A stretch of 62,693 nt of DNA from a virus (taxonomy: Duplodnaviria > Caudoviricetes), in IMG/VR virus record IMGVR_UViG_3300047379_001393, positions 1 through 62,693 of that record; one strand, written 5' to 3'. This document shows positions 29,901 to 38,935 of this stretch, piece by piece; position 1 is the first letter of the stretch, and the number at the start of each line of letters is the position of its first letter. The notes below the pieces were generated by a model, which did no database searches, was not told where the DNA came from, and saw only the letters and a program-made list of their open reading frames with translations. The translations under genes were made by a program, and so were the position numbers.

Positions 29901-32900
29901 ACATCGTCTCTCCTATAAATTCTGCGGGTAAAGCTTGAGCTATTTGTTTGCCGACTTCGGATGCACGTTGTTTCTCTGCATCCCTAGCTTCGTTAATAGA
30001 GGACACTAAGCCAGAAAAAGCTCCAACTGTTGCTCCTATTGCTGTCCCTAAAGGTCCAAACATCATGCCCATAGAGGCGCCCATACCTGCCCCAGATAAT
30101 GTTCCCCCTATCGCTTTACCTGTAGTTCCACCAATAGAGTCTTCTAAAAACCCTGCGGCCATAGGAAGCCCCATCATTAAACCCATCTGTCCACCCGTGC
30201 TGCCAAGAGCTCGACCCATGGTTGTTTTAGAAAATCTTTCGTTTGCGTTTCTTAATCCTAGAGATCTAGTAGTCCTACCTCTTGCGTTATTGAGTCTATC
30301 AATAGTGGAAATACTTTTTCTTAATCTTTGATTAACTTCTTGTTGAGCGCTGCTTCCAAGGTGATAGTTGCTAGCTATTTTTTGCGCAGATTTATTTAAT
30401 TGATCTAGAGTTCTATTGCCTTGTTTATAAGAATCAATTCTTTTCTTGAGGTGAGCGTTGGCCTGTTTGGCCAAATCATTTGCTTTCTCCTGCTCTATAG
30501 ATCCAAAATCTCCAGGTTTAAATATTGCGTAATTTGGCACATAACCTTTTGCTCCAAATACATCTTTTAATCCGTTTGGTTCGTCACGAGTATTAGTTAC
30601 CCCAAGACCAATTGGATTACCTTTATTCATCAAAGCTGGGTGCGATCCTACTCTGATTTGAGAAACGGGAATTCCTGCATCTCGTTCTCTACCTATTGCA
30701 TCAGATAATGGGTTTGCGAAATTAGGAATATGACCATAAGATCTTCCAGTAAAATGATTTCTTAAAATTTCTCTAGCTTTTGCTGAATTTATTAGAGCGG
30801 ATCCATCAAAAATATATTCACTGGCAATTTTTTTTGCCATACTAAAATAATTAGGGTCTTGACGTTCAGAAGCTTTATAGTCTGCTCGCTTACCAGGTAT
30901 ACCTCCAAATAAGTCACTCAGTTCTTTGTTAACCGAATGAACATCAAAATCTCCTCCGGCAAAATTTGAGCCCAAAACATCTTGACTGGATTCTAATTTA
31001 AGGCCTTCATTAAGTGCTGCTTCAAATATAGAACCATAAGCTGAACCCATTGCGCCTTTAGCTCCAGAACCTCCATCCTTTAATCTTTTTTTTACATTCT
31101 CAGAATTCAAAAGAGTTGGAGTCCCTAGTACTCGAGACATATATTTAGAAGCAGAAGAGACCATGGAATCAAATATATCTTTATGTATTCCACCATATTC
31201 ATCCTCAGCTTCTCCTTGTAAATTTTTTGGCCCCCTAACTTTCCATTTTGCAGTTGTATTACCAAGTAATTGAGAAGATACACTTTCAGTGACTGGGACA
31301 TTGGCGCCTAAAACTTTTTGAACTAATTTTTTAGACAATGAGTCTCTTCCAGCTTTTTTACTAATATTTTGAGATGCGTTAGGGTTTTTAACTCCCCCCG
31401 GCACCAACATTGTTATATCTGAGTTTGCATCAAATATATCTTTGACCACCGTTGATAATAACGGATTGACCTGACCTTTTTTTGAACCTATTCCCGCCCC
31501 ACTCCTCCGAGAAAAATTAGGAACAAACCCTTTAGCTGCGTACGGATCAAATCCATGTACAGACCCAAATGCTTGCTGATAATTTTCGCCTGCCTTACTA
31601 GACAGAGGAGGCATTATTGCTGGCTGACTTAATCCCGAGAATGTTTTTACTTTTTCTGCGCTATTATAAATAACAGATCCTTCGCCAGGCATATCCATTG
31701 ATCGAATACTTCCTGCGGCATATCCACCACGAGCGGCTTGCTCTCTTTCTGGATTTGCGAAATTCGGTATATGACCGTAAGCTCTTCCTCTGCGGGGAGA
31801 TAGATTAGCTCCAAATCCTTTTGAGTACAAGGTTGATGCAGTGCTTTTTGCTATAGAATCCAAAGCTTTCGCTTCAGACACTTGCATTTTTAACAGACCA
31901 AGAATAACTTTTTCTTTTTCTGTCCTAGAAATATCTGTACGCAACATTTCCTTGCTCAACTCAGAACTTCTACCAAATAAGCCTACAAGAGATGATTGGA
32001 TTACCTTTTGTTTCTGGGCTTCACTGGTCACACCAATCAATGAAGTTAAACTTTCTCTAGTAAAACTTGCAGCTTTTAAAAATAGCTTTCCGAAAACAGC
32101 GGTCATTATAACAAGCCCTGGGCCGCTAATCACGTTACCCATGCCTTTCAAAAAGCCGTTTGCAAACTTGCTACCACTATCTTCCCCATCCCCAAGCAGT
32201 CCAGATAAGCCTTCTACTCCGCTTTTAACTATGCTTAGAACTTTTTCTATTCCTGGAGCAAGCATAATTTCTCCTATTTGAGCAGATACTTCTTTGATAG
32301 CTAGTCCAGTTTCGGTTGCCATCGCAGCCATTGTTTGGCGTAATTGTTCATTTTTATCAATAGCTTCTGTCGTTGCTCCAGCAGAAATTTGAGTTGCATT
32401 TGCAAGAATACCATTTTGTTTGGCGGCGTCACCAAGAACAGCTTTCAAAACGTTGATTTGGAAAACGCCACCTACAGTTTGCGCAATTTGAGCTTTTTGA
32501 GCTTCAGATAAATGATCAAATGTATTAGCTAAATCAGTAAGTATTTTTTTAGCTCCAAGAGTTTTGCCTTCAATATCCCTAACTGCAATACCTAGATTTT
32601 CTAATTGATTTAATGTATCAGTTCTTCCGATACGAGTAAAAATTGTTTTAAAGGAGTTACCAATAACTTTACCGCCTCGAGCAGTTTGTTGCTGTGCGGC
32701 AGTAACTAAACCGATAAGTTCATCAATATCAACTCCAGCGCCTTTTGCAGCTGCACCGGTTCTGGCGATAGCATCAGCAAAATCTTCTGCGCTAACCGCA
32801 AACTTAACGTCAACTGCGGCAAATTTACTTACTAATTGAGTAGTGTCTTTAATTTGACTACCATAAGTATTCATTGCGGCAGTTAAAGATTTAACTGCTT

Positions 32901-33399
32901 CCGCAGAGTCCATTCCTGTTAATCGAGTTAGAATCAATGCATCTTTTGTACGCTTTAAAGATTCTTCTACGTTTAAGCCTTGACGAGCATACTCTGTTGC
33001 TGCATCAGCAGCGATTTTAAATGCCGCACCAGTTTCTTTGGCAACTTTAAATAAGCCATCGCTAAAATCATCTAGATTCTTAGAGCTCAAGCCCATAACA
33101 ACATTAATGTCTGCAAGAGCTTTTTCGACTTCAACCATATTTTTCACCATGCCCTTAAATGCATCTGCGACACCATTTATAATCGCCATAGACGCACCAA
33201 AAGCTATAATACGAGCATTAGCGGCCTCCATAGATTTACTGAATTCATCAGCAGCTCTCTTCATGTTTCCTAAAGGCTGTGTTGCACCCTTATCATCAAC
33301 CGATATTTTAATCGGTTGGCGCCGTATTCTATTTATGGCAGACTGAACCGCTGCCTCAAGAGGTTGTGTATTACCGTGTACGTCAAGATTGATAGCCAT
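26986..33399 (-). CDS. Tail tape measure protein (TP901-type core)
   Basis: 2137 aa, Ala/Gly-rich helical; ATEYARQG, IGNSFKTIFTRI core; C-terminal ASGGYISG..GIDQIPAMLSEGEYVI motif. Confidence 0.95.
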   Translation of the reverse strand: MAINLDVHGNTQPLEAAVQSAINRIRRQPIKISVDDKGATQPLGNMKRAADEFSKSMEAANARIIAFGASMAIINGVADAFKGMVKNMVEVEKALADINVVMGLSSKNLDDFSDGLFKVAKETGAAFKIAADAATEYARQGLNVEESLKRTKDALILTRLTGMDSAEAVKSLTAAMNTYGSQIKDTTQLVSKFAAVDVKFAVSAEDFADAIARTGAAAKGAGVDIDELIGLVTAAQQQTARGGKVIGNSFKTIFTRIGRTDTLNQLENLGIAVRDIEGKTLGAKKILTDLANTFDHLSEAQKAQIAQTVGGVFQINVLKAVLGDAAKQNGILANATQISAGATTEAIDKNEQLRQTMAAMATETGLAIKEVSAQIGEIMLAPGIEKVLSIVKSGVEGLSGLLGDGEDSGSKFANGFLKGMGNVISGPGLVIMTAVFGKLFLKAASFTRESLTSLIGVTSEAQKQKVIQSSLVGLFGRSSELSKEMLRTDISRTEKEKVILGLLKMQVSEAKALDSIAKSTASTLYSKGFGANLSPRRGRAYGHIPNFANPEREQAARGGYAAGSIRSMDMPGEGSVIYNSAEKVKTFSGLSQPAIMPPLSSKAGENYQQAFGSVHGFDPYAAKGFVPNFSRRSGAGIGSKKGQVNPLLSTVVKDIFDANSDITMLVPGGVKNPNASQNISKKAGRDSLSKKLVQKVLGANVPVTESVSSQLLGNTTAKWKVRGPKNLQGEAEDEYGGIHKDIFDSMVSSASKYMSRVLGTPTLLNSENVKKRLKDGGSGAKGAMGSAYGSIFEAALNEGLKLESSQDVLGSNFAGGDFDVHSVNKELSDLFGGIPGKRADYKASERQDPNYFSMAKKIASEYIFDGSALINSAKAREILRNHFTGRSYGHIPNFANPLSDAIGRERDAGIPVSQIRVGSHPALMNKGNPIGLGVTNTRDEPNGLKDVFGAKGYVPNYAIFKPGDFGSIEQEKANDLAKQANAHLKKRIDSYKQGNRTLDQLNKSAQKIASNYHLGSSAQQEVNQRLRKSISTIDRLNNARGRTTRSLGLRNANERFSKTTMGRALGSTGGQMGLMMGLPMAAGFLEDSIGGTTGKAIGGTLSGAGMGASMGMMFGPLGTAIGATVGAFSGLVSSINEARDAEKQRASEVGKQIAQALPAEFIGETMSQMSSSEMESMRKKLPKFEYGPNGRPLESYIYGDSSEVRTAHMRRDFRETSQGQGGIISKYLKDLEGKQLFKQIEGVGEDGIKFSEEKKAMTGAEYEKMLREQGVLDPKTENQQIALESLRVEMLNGMEAYNLEQEKINNENNKLKDGVILALNFQKAMLTAQQKAKMQQLEIQATYAKQSQTLKLEQKIIGSSITERQKASYKHTEAINKATEAYKGTAAQIDAQTKTGLLQKIKDSPSLSTAFKIHLGDENMKNQDLTNKVSSMGLKEILDAMDVLKGQEGQESIVTKILETELQKRIDNLEVAEKTRDSAKDLANAEQEVNLILAERKQSLADMQRINEMNSRALQSTQKIRGFDNQVAAAQRGLAVGPGYQTKQEREAFAIREKQFALEEKIKKLREDEQDQMAKLNASPEALEQERFLEYQKRFKGMKGKDAQIYKKGEGYVPDTYDNNFTNAEKEDYEALIKDEDERIKKLDEIDQKKKILNKETKKEVSASRTLLEIEKQRVAATRAHQTGPGAFGNAFKDAGKQMLEDAETLDYQLGTITANHFRDGLVGAMEAAMDRSKDLGDTLQGIAVGFLSAIRNALLTAMANQVVGAMGFNQGGSVRNYSKGGSVPAKVSNGEYLMNAGAVNKYGGSFMHQINAKGKIPGYSAGGSAPMHSQAQRMLGLNRRRETVNGRPVVSQGGLERVDTGKRYSKMPMSGFFYSQADNRQLEEGANMMGVVMEARQKRKQEAYEKKAKRHQLISSLISTAATFAISSAFNSGGARTGEAKAAGYGANTPKGTRMGVDSFGQNVSYAPGTDIGGYNSTPVRSWNPFSWFGDGNSLGGKIQKYASGGYISGKSGIDQIPAMLSEGEYVIKASSARQMGKPLLDQINAGKFYDGGEASPISDKSESSTSGGNTNNINISVNLSGGKESSGESMGGEDSQEKNDNSAERMKALSDQIKKQVMQVIAEEQRPGGLLEDTK

Positions 33400-33403
33400 A
33401 TTA

Positions 33404-33432
33404 CCTTATTCCTTATTAAGGTAAATATACAC
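33404..33432 (-). promoter_or_regulatory. GTGTA putative late promoter motif followed by AAGGAATAAGG leader
   Basis: Minus strand reads AGTGTATATTTACCTTAATAAGGAATAAGGTAAT-ATG upstream of 33399. Confidence 0.5.
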
Positions 33433-33438
33433 TAAATA

Positions 33439-34425
33439 TTATCCTACTCCATGTAATTTCATTAAATCTTGCATATTTAAAGTGCCGCCTTTTTTCTTAG
33501 CTTCTTCATGCAAGCTCACCCCGCCCTTTGGTTTTTCGATTCCTAGGTACTCGTAGTCTTCATCCTTTGCGCCAACAAGTGTTCCTGCAGCTCCTTTAGA
33601 TAGTTTATTTTTCGCTTTGTCTCTTTCTTCTTTTGAGCTACTTCCAAACTCTAATAATTTAGCAGGATCTTTTTTTATACTCTCTGGTATATTTTCATTT
33701 GTATCAAATATATTTTTTATTACTCTAGTATAAACAATTAATCTTACTTGATTATATGTTAATGCACAAAATGGCTTTCCATAAAATTGTATACTATCTT
33801 CAGCAAAACTTAAATATGGACTATAAAAATCTTCTAGTATTGTATATTGTATACTTTCTTCAGTGAATCCGTTAAAAATTTCATTATAATTAAATATATA
33901 TTTTTTAATATCACGATCTTCTAATTCATCATATACTTCTTCACTAAATAATATTTCTTTTAAATCTTTATCTTTGTAAAAACTTTTAATCATATAAAAA
34001 TCATTCATACGATCTTTTGCATATTTTTCACAAGTATTACCAATAAGCGAAGCTTTATGATTCTCTAATTCATTTAGATTAGTTTGCTCTTTCTCTATCA
34101 ACTCAGACTGTTTGTCTATCGTGCTCTTAAGAACCATTTTGTTTCTTGCTGTTTTTAAATTCTCAAGAAACATTTTCTTCTTCTCAATCTCTTTATCCTT
34201 CGATTCGCTCCATTCTCCTTCTTTCATGAGAAAGTCTATCATATCTTTCTCGGTAGGAACACCTCTTTTCTCGGCGATTTTAAAATATTTTTGCTCGACT
34301 TCTTCTAGTTCAACCTGATCATGAGGCGTGAGATGTTTAATATAAACAAAATCTTCTTCAATTATAGCTGTGGAATATCCACGAACTATATCTCTAAATA
34401 TTTTTCTGCGCGCTACAGTTTCCAC
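33439..34425 (-). CDS. Putative tail assembly chaperone
   Basis: 328 aa, charged and helical, immediately upstream of the tape measure gene; similar to 34431..35252. Confidence 0.5.
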   Translation of the reverse strand: METVARRKIFRDIVRGYSTAIIEEDFVYIKHLTPHDQVELEEVEQKYFKIAEKRGVPTEKDMIDFLMKEGEWSESKDKEIEKKKMFLENLKTARNKMVLKSTIDKQSELIEKEQTNLNELENHKASLIGNTCEKYAKDRMNDFYMIKSFYKDKDLKEILFSEEVYDELEDRDIKKYIFNYNEIFNGFTEESIQYTILEDFYSPYLSFAEDSIQFYGKPFCALTYNQVRLIVYTRVIKNIFDTNENIPESIKKDPAKLLEFGSSSKEERDKAKNKLSKGAAGTLVGAKDEDYEYLGIEKPKGGVSLHEEAKKKGGTLNMQDLMKLHGVG

Positions 34426-34430
34426 GCATA

Positions 34431-35252
34431 CTAAACCTTGCCTTCTTCTATGTCGTCATCTAACTTTTTGAAATCAGCGTTAGATACTGCGCCAGAGCTG
34501 TAATACCAAAAACTGTATAAAGCAGCCACTTTACCGCCAACGATATCATAAAGTTCGTCACCTTCCTCTTCAAGCTCATAATACCTTTCGAGCTTTTGTT
34601 CGAAATCGTTACCTGCAAATAAAGGCACCAACTCATCACTATCTTCTTTTTGGGTATAAGTTAAATGAAGAATGTACCACTGAATCACTTTATTTTCTGC
34701 GCGAACATCTGCAGTGTGATTAAATAAATTAGAATATGAAGTTTCAACATCAACAATATTTCTTCTAAGATCAGTAATTTCTTCTGAAATTTCGTCAAGT
34801 CTTTTTTGGTTTTCTTCTGAAATTTTACTTTTAATTCTGATACGCTCGCTTTCTTGGGCGAGTTCTCCGTATTTAACATACATTTTAGTTAAAGCTTTAG
34901 CATCCTCTTCTGGCAATAATCCTCCCGTATCACTATATTTTTTAGCGAGCATAGCTTTAGTTAAAATACCCTTCTTAACGCACTTACTCATCTCCACGCT
35001 AAACTCTAGCTCTGCATCTTCTATTTGCCTGCGAGTAGGTTGCTTCATCACTAATCTATATGGAACGCTTTCTTCGATCTCTTTAGTTACAGAAACTTCT
35101 TCTTTTTCTCCAGTTTCTTCGTTTTTGATTTTTTTAGTTTCTGTTTTCTTGACTTTCTCTTTTTTTTCAAAAGTAAAGCTATAAATCTCGCGAAGCTTTT
35201 TGCGAGTATCGTTCATTGTTGGAGTTTTTTCTAATGTTGCTGAGTCTGCCAT
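34431..35252 (-). CDS. Putative tail assembly chaperone
   Basis: 273 aa, charged and helical; position two genes upstream of the tape measure gene. Confidence 0.5.
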   Translation of the reverse strand: MADSATLEKTPTMNDTRKKLREIYSFTFEKKEKVKKTETKKIKNEETGEKEEVSVTKEIEESVPYRLVMKQPTRRQIEDAELEFSVEMSKCVKKGILTKAMLAKKYSDTGGLLPEEDAKALTKMYVKYGELAQESERIRIKSKISEENQKRLDEISEEITDLRRNIVDVETSYSNLFNHTADVRAENKVIQWYILHLTYTQKEDSDELVPLFAGNDFEQKLERYYELEEEGDELYDIVGGKVAALYSFWYYSSGAVSNADFKKLDDDIEEGKV

Positions 35253-35259
35253 AATCTTA

Positions 35260-35547
35260 TTATTTAAATGTGAATCCTATAGTATAATTATCTAATTCTG
35301 TTTCAATATTTCTAATAGTTTCGTTACCAATATCTAAAGTTCGTTTTCTTAAATATTGCAACTTTTCTTCGTCGAAATAATTAGCTTGATCAATAATAGG
35401 GCTGCAGCCTTCAGGGAGATTTTTTTTGAGTTTTTCGAAATGAATTTGATGCTCGTTATGTAAATCTTCAAGCATAACGAGGAAACCCTTAAAAAGGGAA
35501 ACCGTACTCCTTTGACAGGACTTTTTGAAAATGCCTTCTGCGTCCAT
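35260..35547 (-). CDS. Hypothetical protein
   Basis: 95 aa from ATG 35547, preceded by AGGTATAAGG and a GTGTA motif. Confidence 0.7.
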   Translation of the reverse strand: MDAEGIFKKSCQRSTVSLFKGFLVMLEDLHNEHQIHFEKLKKNLPEGCSPIIDQANYFDEEKLQYLRKRTLDIGNETIRNIETELDNYTIGFTFK

Positions 35548-35570
35548 ATACCTTATACCTACAAAGTTAA

Positions 35571-35595
35571 TACACAAAAAATATACTTTAGTGTA
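35571..35595. promoter_or_regulatory. Divergent pair of GTGTA motifs (TACAC-N15-GTGTA)
   Basis: TACAC 35571-35575 and GTGTA 35591-35595 between divergent genes. Confidence 0.6.
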
Positions 35596-35604
35596 AAGTT
35601 AGTT

Positions 35605-36072
35605 ATGGCAGAATTTCTATCACCTTCTGAGAGAGCCGCTATTGCAGCTAATTTAATCGACCTCCATGATACATTTGGTAGGGATATTGTTGTATACAAA
35701 GAAGCTCAAAAAGTAATTGTAAGCACAAATCCAAATTATAATTATTTATATAATACAGGAGGAGCAACGAACGAAAGCGTTGAGAATGTTCCTATAAGAA
35801 AAGTATTCAAAGCAAGAATAAGATACGACACAGACAGGAGCTTAGAGTATTTTGGTGAAACCGATTCTCAAATTAAAATTGACAGACCAGACGCGAGTAG
35901 TTTAGTGAGGATAAAATTAAAAATCGAGGACTATGATTACATAAAAGAAGCTAAAAGAATTGAACTCGATGGAAGAATGTTCAGGGTAGAGTCTGACCCA
36001 AGAGCTCACGGATTATTTGACGTTGTTCAATTTTACACTCTCTATCTTAGACCATTAGAGGCTCATGTCTAA
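35605..36072 (+). CDS. Putative head-closure/neck protein
   Basis: 155 aa from ATG 35605; FKARI...RIELDGRMFRV...Y.LYLR beta-rich pattern; first gene of the neck-tube unit. Confidence 0.55.
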   Translation: MAEFLSPSERAAIAANLIDLHDTFGRDIVVYKEAQKVIVSTNPNYNYLYNTGGATNESVENVPIRKVFKARIRYDTDRSLEYFGETDSQIKIDRPDASSLVRIKLKIEDYDYIKEAKRIELDGRMFRVESDPRAHGLFDVVQFYTLYLRPLEAHV

Positions 36073-36694
36073 ATTCACAAACAGGTCTGTCAAAAACAGT
36101 ATACAAAGACAACTTAGATCAGATAAAGATCTAAATTTACAAATTCGTGTTTTAATAGAAAAACAATTTAAAGCAGCTCATCAAAAATTATTAAACGACT
36201 TCAACAAGCATGCAATCACAAGAGAACTGAAAGTCGGAGAAGGCTCTCCAAATTACAGTGGAGGGCTAAGAGAAGGAAACCTTTTTGGTTTTATAGGTTT
36301 CCAATCAGGTTTTGATCCAGTCGCGCCAATAGAAAAATTATTGGTGCAAGCTAATATTTTAATCAAACAAAGAAAAGTCATGAGATCTGGTTTAACTTGG
36401 GCTTATGCAGTAAATATAGCATCAATAAATGATCTTTACAAAATAACTCCAATGCCTTGGGCTACTGGCTCAAGTTGGTTAAGAGAGTTAGAGGGTCGCG
36501 GCATTCCAAATCTAGGTCAATATATGTATGTTGATGCTAAAAGCAGTCGATCCACAGAGGGTATACAAGCAGGAAATCGATCGGGAGGCAGATTAAGAAT
36601 GGAATATATAAAGCCTCTGCTTGAAGAATTTGAAAAAAACTTAAACAATATTAGTGGCGCACAAAAAATTTCTGCGCGCAATTTTAGACCATGA
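36065..36694 (+). CDS. Putative tail completion/neck protein
   Basis: 209 aa, basic; position between head-closure-like and terminator-like genes. Confidence 0.45.
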   Translation: MSKFTNRSVKNSIQRQLRSDKDLNLQIRVLIEKQFKAAHQKLLNDFNKHAITRELKVGEGSPNYSGGLREGNLFGFIGFQSGFDPVAPIEKLLVQANILIKQRKVMRSGLTWAYAVNIASINDLYKITPMPWATGSSWLRELEGRGIPNLGQYMYVDAKSSRSTEGIQAGNRSGGRLRMEYIKPLLEEFEKNLNNISGAQKISARNFRP

Positions 36695-37539
36695 AACCAC
36701 AATTCCAGCACGAAGTAACAACAAGCTTTATGTTATGGGCTGATAATTTTCTACTGAGAAAGGGAGAAGCTTATACAAACTATACATCAACACTTTATCC
36801 AAACACAAGCGATGACAGATTAAGCGCTGGACTCATAAGTTACAGCAGTCCTCATAAACAGTGGGTTTTTGACAGCAGTATTGAGGGGGCTAATATACCA
36901 AACGGAATAGATGATAACGGAAATTTTATTCCGAGAGACACTAATGGGCTAAAATTAGATTTTGATAACGGCCGGGCGATCTTAGATAGCTCATTTGGTA
37001 ATTCTAAAAATGGAATTAAAGCAACATATTCTGTGAAAGATTTTAATTTTTACATAACAAATCAAAGCGAAGAACAGCTAATTATAGACAGTAAGTTCGA
37101 TATTAATGATAGATTCAAACAAGACTTGGGAGGTATAGCTCCATACAAACAAGTTATACCAGCTATTTTTGTCAACTCTGAAACGTCAGAAAATCAACCA
37201 TATGCTTTCGGCGGAGAAGATAAAACATCAACAAATATAAGATGCGTTGTTTTTGCGGAAAATACATATCAACTTGATGGAGCGCTCTCTATCTTTAATG
37301 ATTCAAAAAATGAAGTTTATATAAAATTAAGCTTCGAAGATTATCCCATGAATGAATATGGAGACGTTATAGATTTTAATTATAAACAACTTTCATCAAA
37401 TTCTAAACAACAATATTTTCATATAGAAGGTGTTACAGTTTCTAAACTAAGTGATAGAATAAATAAAAATATAGATCCAGCTTTATTTGTTGGATTTATT
37501 GATTTTCAAATTACAAATTTAAGATTTCCTCGATCATAA
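36691..37539 (+). CDS. Putative tail terminator/structural protein
   Basis: 282 aa; IPAIFV...PYAFGG motif; directly upstream of the tube gene. Confidence 0.45.
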   Translation: MKPQFQHEVTTSFMLWADNFLLRKGEAYTNYTSTLYPNTSDDRLSAGLISYSSPHKQWVFDSSIEGANIPNGIDDNGNFIPRDTNGLKLDFDNGRAILDSSFGNSKNGIKATYSVKDFNFYITNQSEEQLIIDSKFDINDRFKQDLGGIAPYKQVIPAIFVNSETSENQPYAFGGEDKTSTNIRCVVFAENTYQLDGALSIFNDSKNEVYIKLSFEDYPMNEYGDVIDFNYKQLSSNSKQQYFHIEGVTVSKLSDRINKNIDPALFVGFIDFQITNLRFPRS

Positions 37540-37593
37540 TTCCCTTTTTAAAATAAAAAATGTAATAAAGGAAGAACCCAACCAATTTATATT

Positions 37594-38886
37594 ATGTCAG
37601 ACACACACAGAGCACGAGTAATTTATCAAAGTGAAGCCTTATATGCTGGTACAGTTGATGCTACAGGGCATCATTTCAGCACCTCCTCTGATTGGAGTAC
37701 TAGAGCTGATTACAAAACACACGCAACCTACGCAGACGCCGTAGCAGAGGGAGACCCTATTCGCACAGGGGTACAGCAATTAAGACGAGTACAAAGCGCA
37801 AACTACAGCTTTTCAATCAATAGGCAAGATGTAAATCAATTTGGTCAGTTAGGAAGAATCGACTCTGTCGCTATTGATCCTCCAACAGTCACTCTTGATT
37901 TCTCATATTACATCACAAACGGAATTAACGAAAGAATTTTAGGCATGAACGTTCTAGGAGAGCAGAGCGCTTTGGCTGATGAAATTGTTGACGGTTTAGT
38001 TTGTGGCGATCCAATAGGGCATGACGGAACAAATTTCTTTATACTCACAACTTGTGAAGGGCATGACGCGGTAAGCAATAAAGATATGGATAGCATGAAA
38101 ACTGTTATAGCTTTAGGTAATGGTTACGTTTCAAATTACTCTATTGAGGCATCTGTAGGCTCTATGCCTACAGCTAGTGTCACTGTTGACGGTTTAAATC
38201 TAAAGAGCTACACAGGAACACAAGCCTTACCGATTCCATCTATTAATACAGAATACGGAATTCCTGTTGATGGAGTTGAGTTTAGTATTCCTCCCGCAGT
38301 TAGTGGAGTTTTAAATGATAGCGCTCCAGATTTAGATGATGAAGTAGAAGGATGGGCTTGCTTGCGCCCAGGAGACATCACAATGTCTCTTGGTACGGAT
38401 GGTCGAGCAGGCGAATTTGAAGCTCTTCCAGGAGCAGACGCTCCATATGATTACACTCATGGGTCTGCACACATTCAAAGTTTCTCGATTGACGTACCGC
38501 TTTCTAGATCAGTGCTCAATAGATTAGGAAGTCCATATGGCTATGCTAGAGTAGTGGATTATCCAGTCAATGTATCAGTTAGCGTTAACGCTATCATGGC
38601 AGACCTCAAAGAAGGGAATGTTGCAGATCTCATTTGGGACACAGAAGAGCACGACCTTGTTTTTACTCTTCGTGAGCCCGAACCATATGGAACAGGAAAA
38701 AAAGCTGTAGAATATAGAGTTAAAGGAGCTTTGTTAGAGGGAGAATCTTTCAGCTCTTCTATCGGAGACAATAAATCAGTAGACCTTACTTTTACAGCTC
38801 AAATTGGTGGCCCAGAAGATTTAGCTAGAGGTTTAATGATTTCCGGATCAAGAAACGCTTTAACGATCACTGGCGAGTTCGCTTAA
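37594..38886 (+). CDS. Major tail tube protein (internally duplicated domain)
   Basis: 430 aa, acidic, beta-rich; two similar halves (VQSANYSF.../IQSFSIDV...); follows neck genes and is followed by a strong terminator. Confidence 0.7.
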   Translation: MSDTHRARVIYQSEALYAGTVDATGHHFSTSSDWSTRADYKTHATYADAVAEGDPIRTGVQQLRRVQSANYSFSINRQDVNQFGQLGRIDSVAIDPPTVTLDFSYYITNGINERILGMNVLGEQSALADEIVDGLVCGDPIGHDGTNFFILTTCEGHDAVSNKDMDSMKTVIALGNGYVSNYSIEASVGSMPTASVTVDGLNLKSYTGTQALPIPSINTEYGIPVDGVEFSIPPAVSGVLNDSAPDLDDEVEGWACLRPGDITMSLGTDGRAGEFEALPGADAPYDYTHGSAHIQSFSIDVPLSRSVLNRLGSPYGYARVVDYPVNVSVSVNAIMADLKEGNVADLIWDTEEHDLVFTLREPEPYGTGKKAVEYRVKGALLEGESFSSSIGDNKSVDLTFTAQIGGPEDLARGLMISGSRNALTITGEFA

Positions 38887-38906
38887 TTTCATCTTAATCA
38901 TAACTC

Positions 38907-38934
38907 AAAAAAGCCCACTTTAGTGGGCTTTTTT
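38907..38934. terminator. Bidirectional rho-independent terminator
   Basis: AAAAAA-GCCCAC-TTTA-GTGGGC-TTTTTT between convergent genes. Confidence 0.9.
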
Positions 38935-38935
38935 G

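Noticed and set aside
29948-33346. Plus-strand ORFs antisense to the tape measure gene (and similar short antisense ORFs elsewhere)
   Set aside because: Fully nested opposite well-supported genes; typical antisense shadows.
34425-34475. Programmed -1 frameshift (G/GT type) at C AAA AAG near the end of 34431..35252
   Set aside because: The downstream gene is in the -1 frame, but that frame hits TGA three codons after the slippery site (CAA AAA GTT AGA TGA); no canonical heptamer follows.
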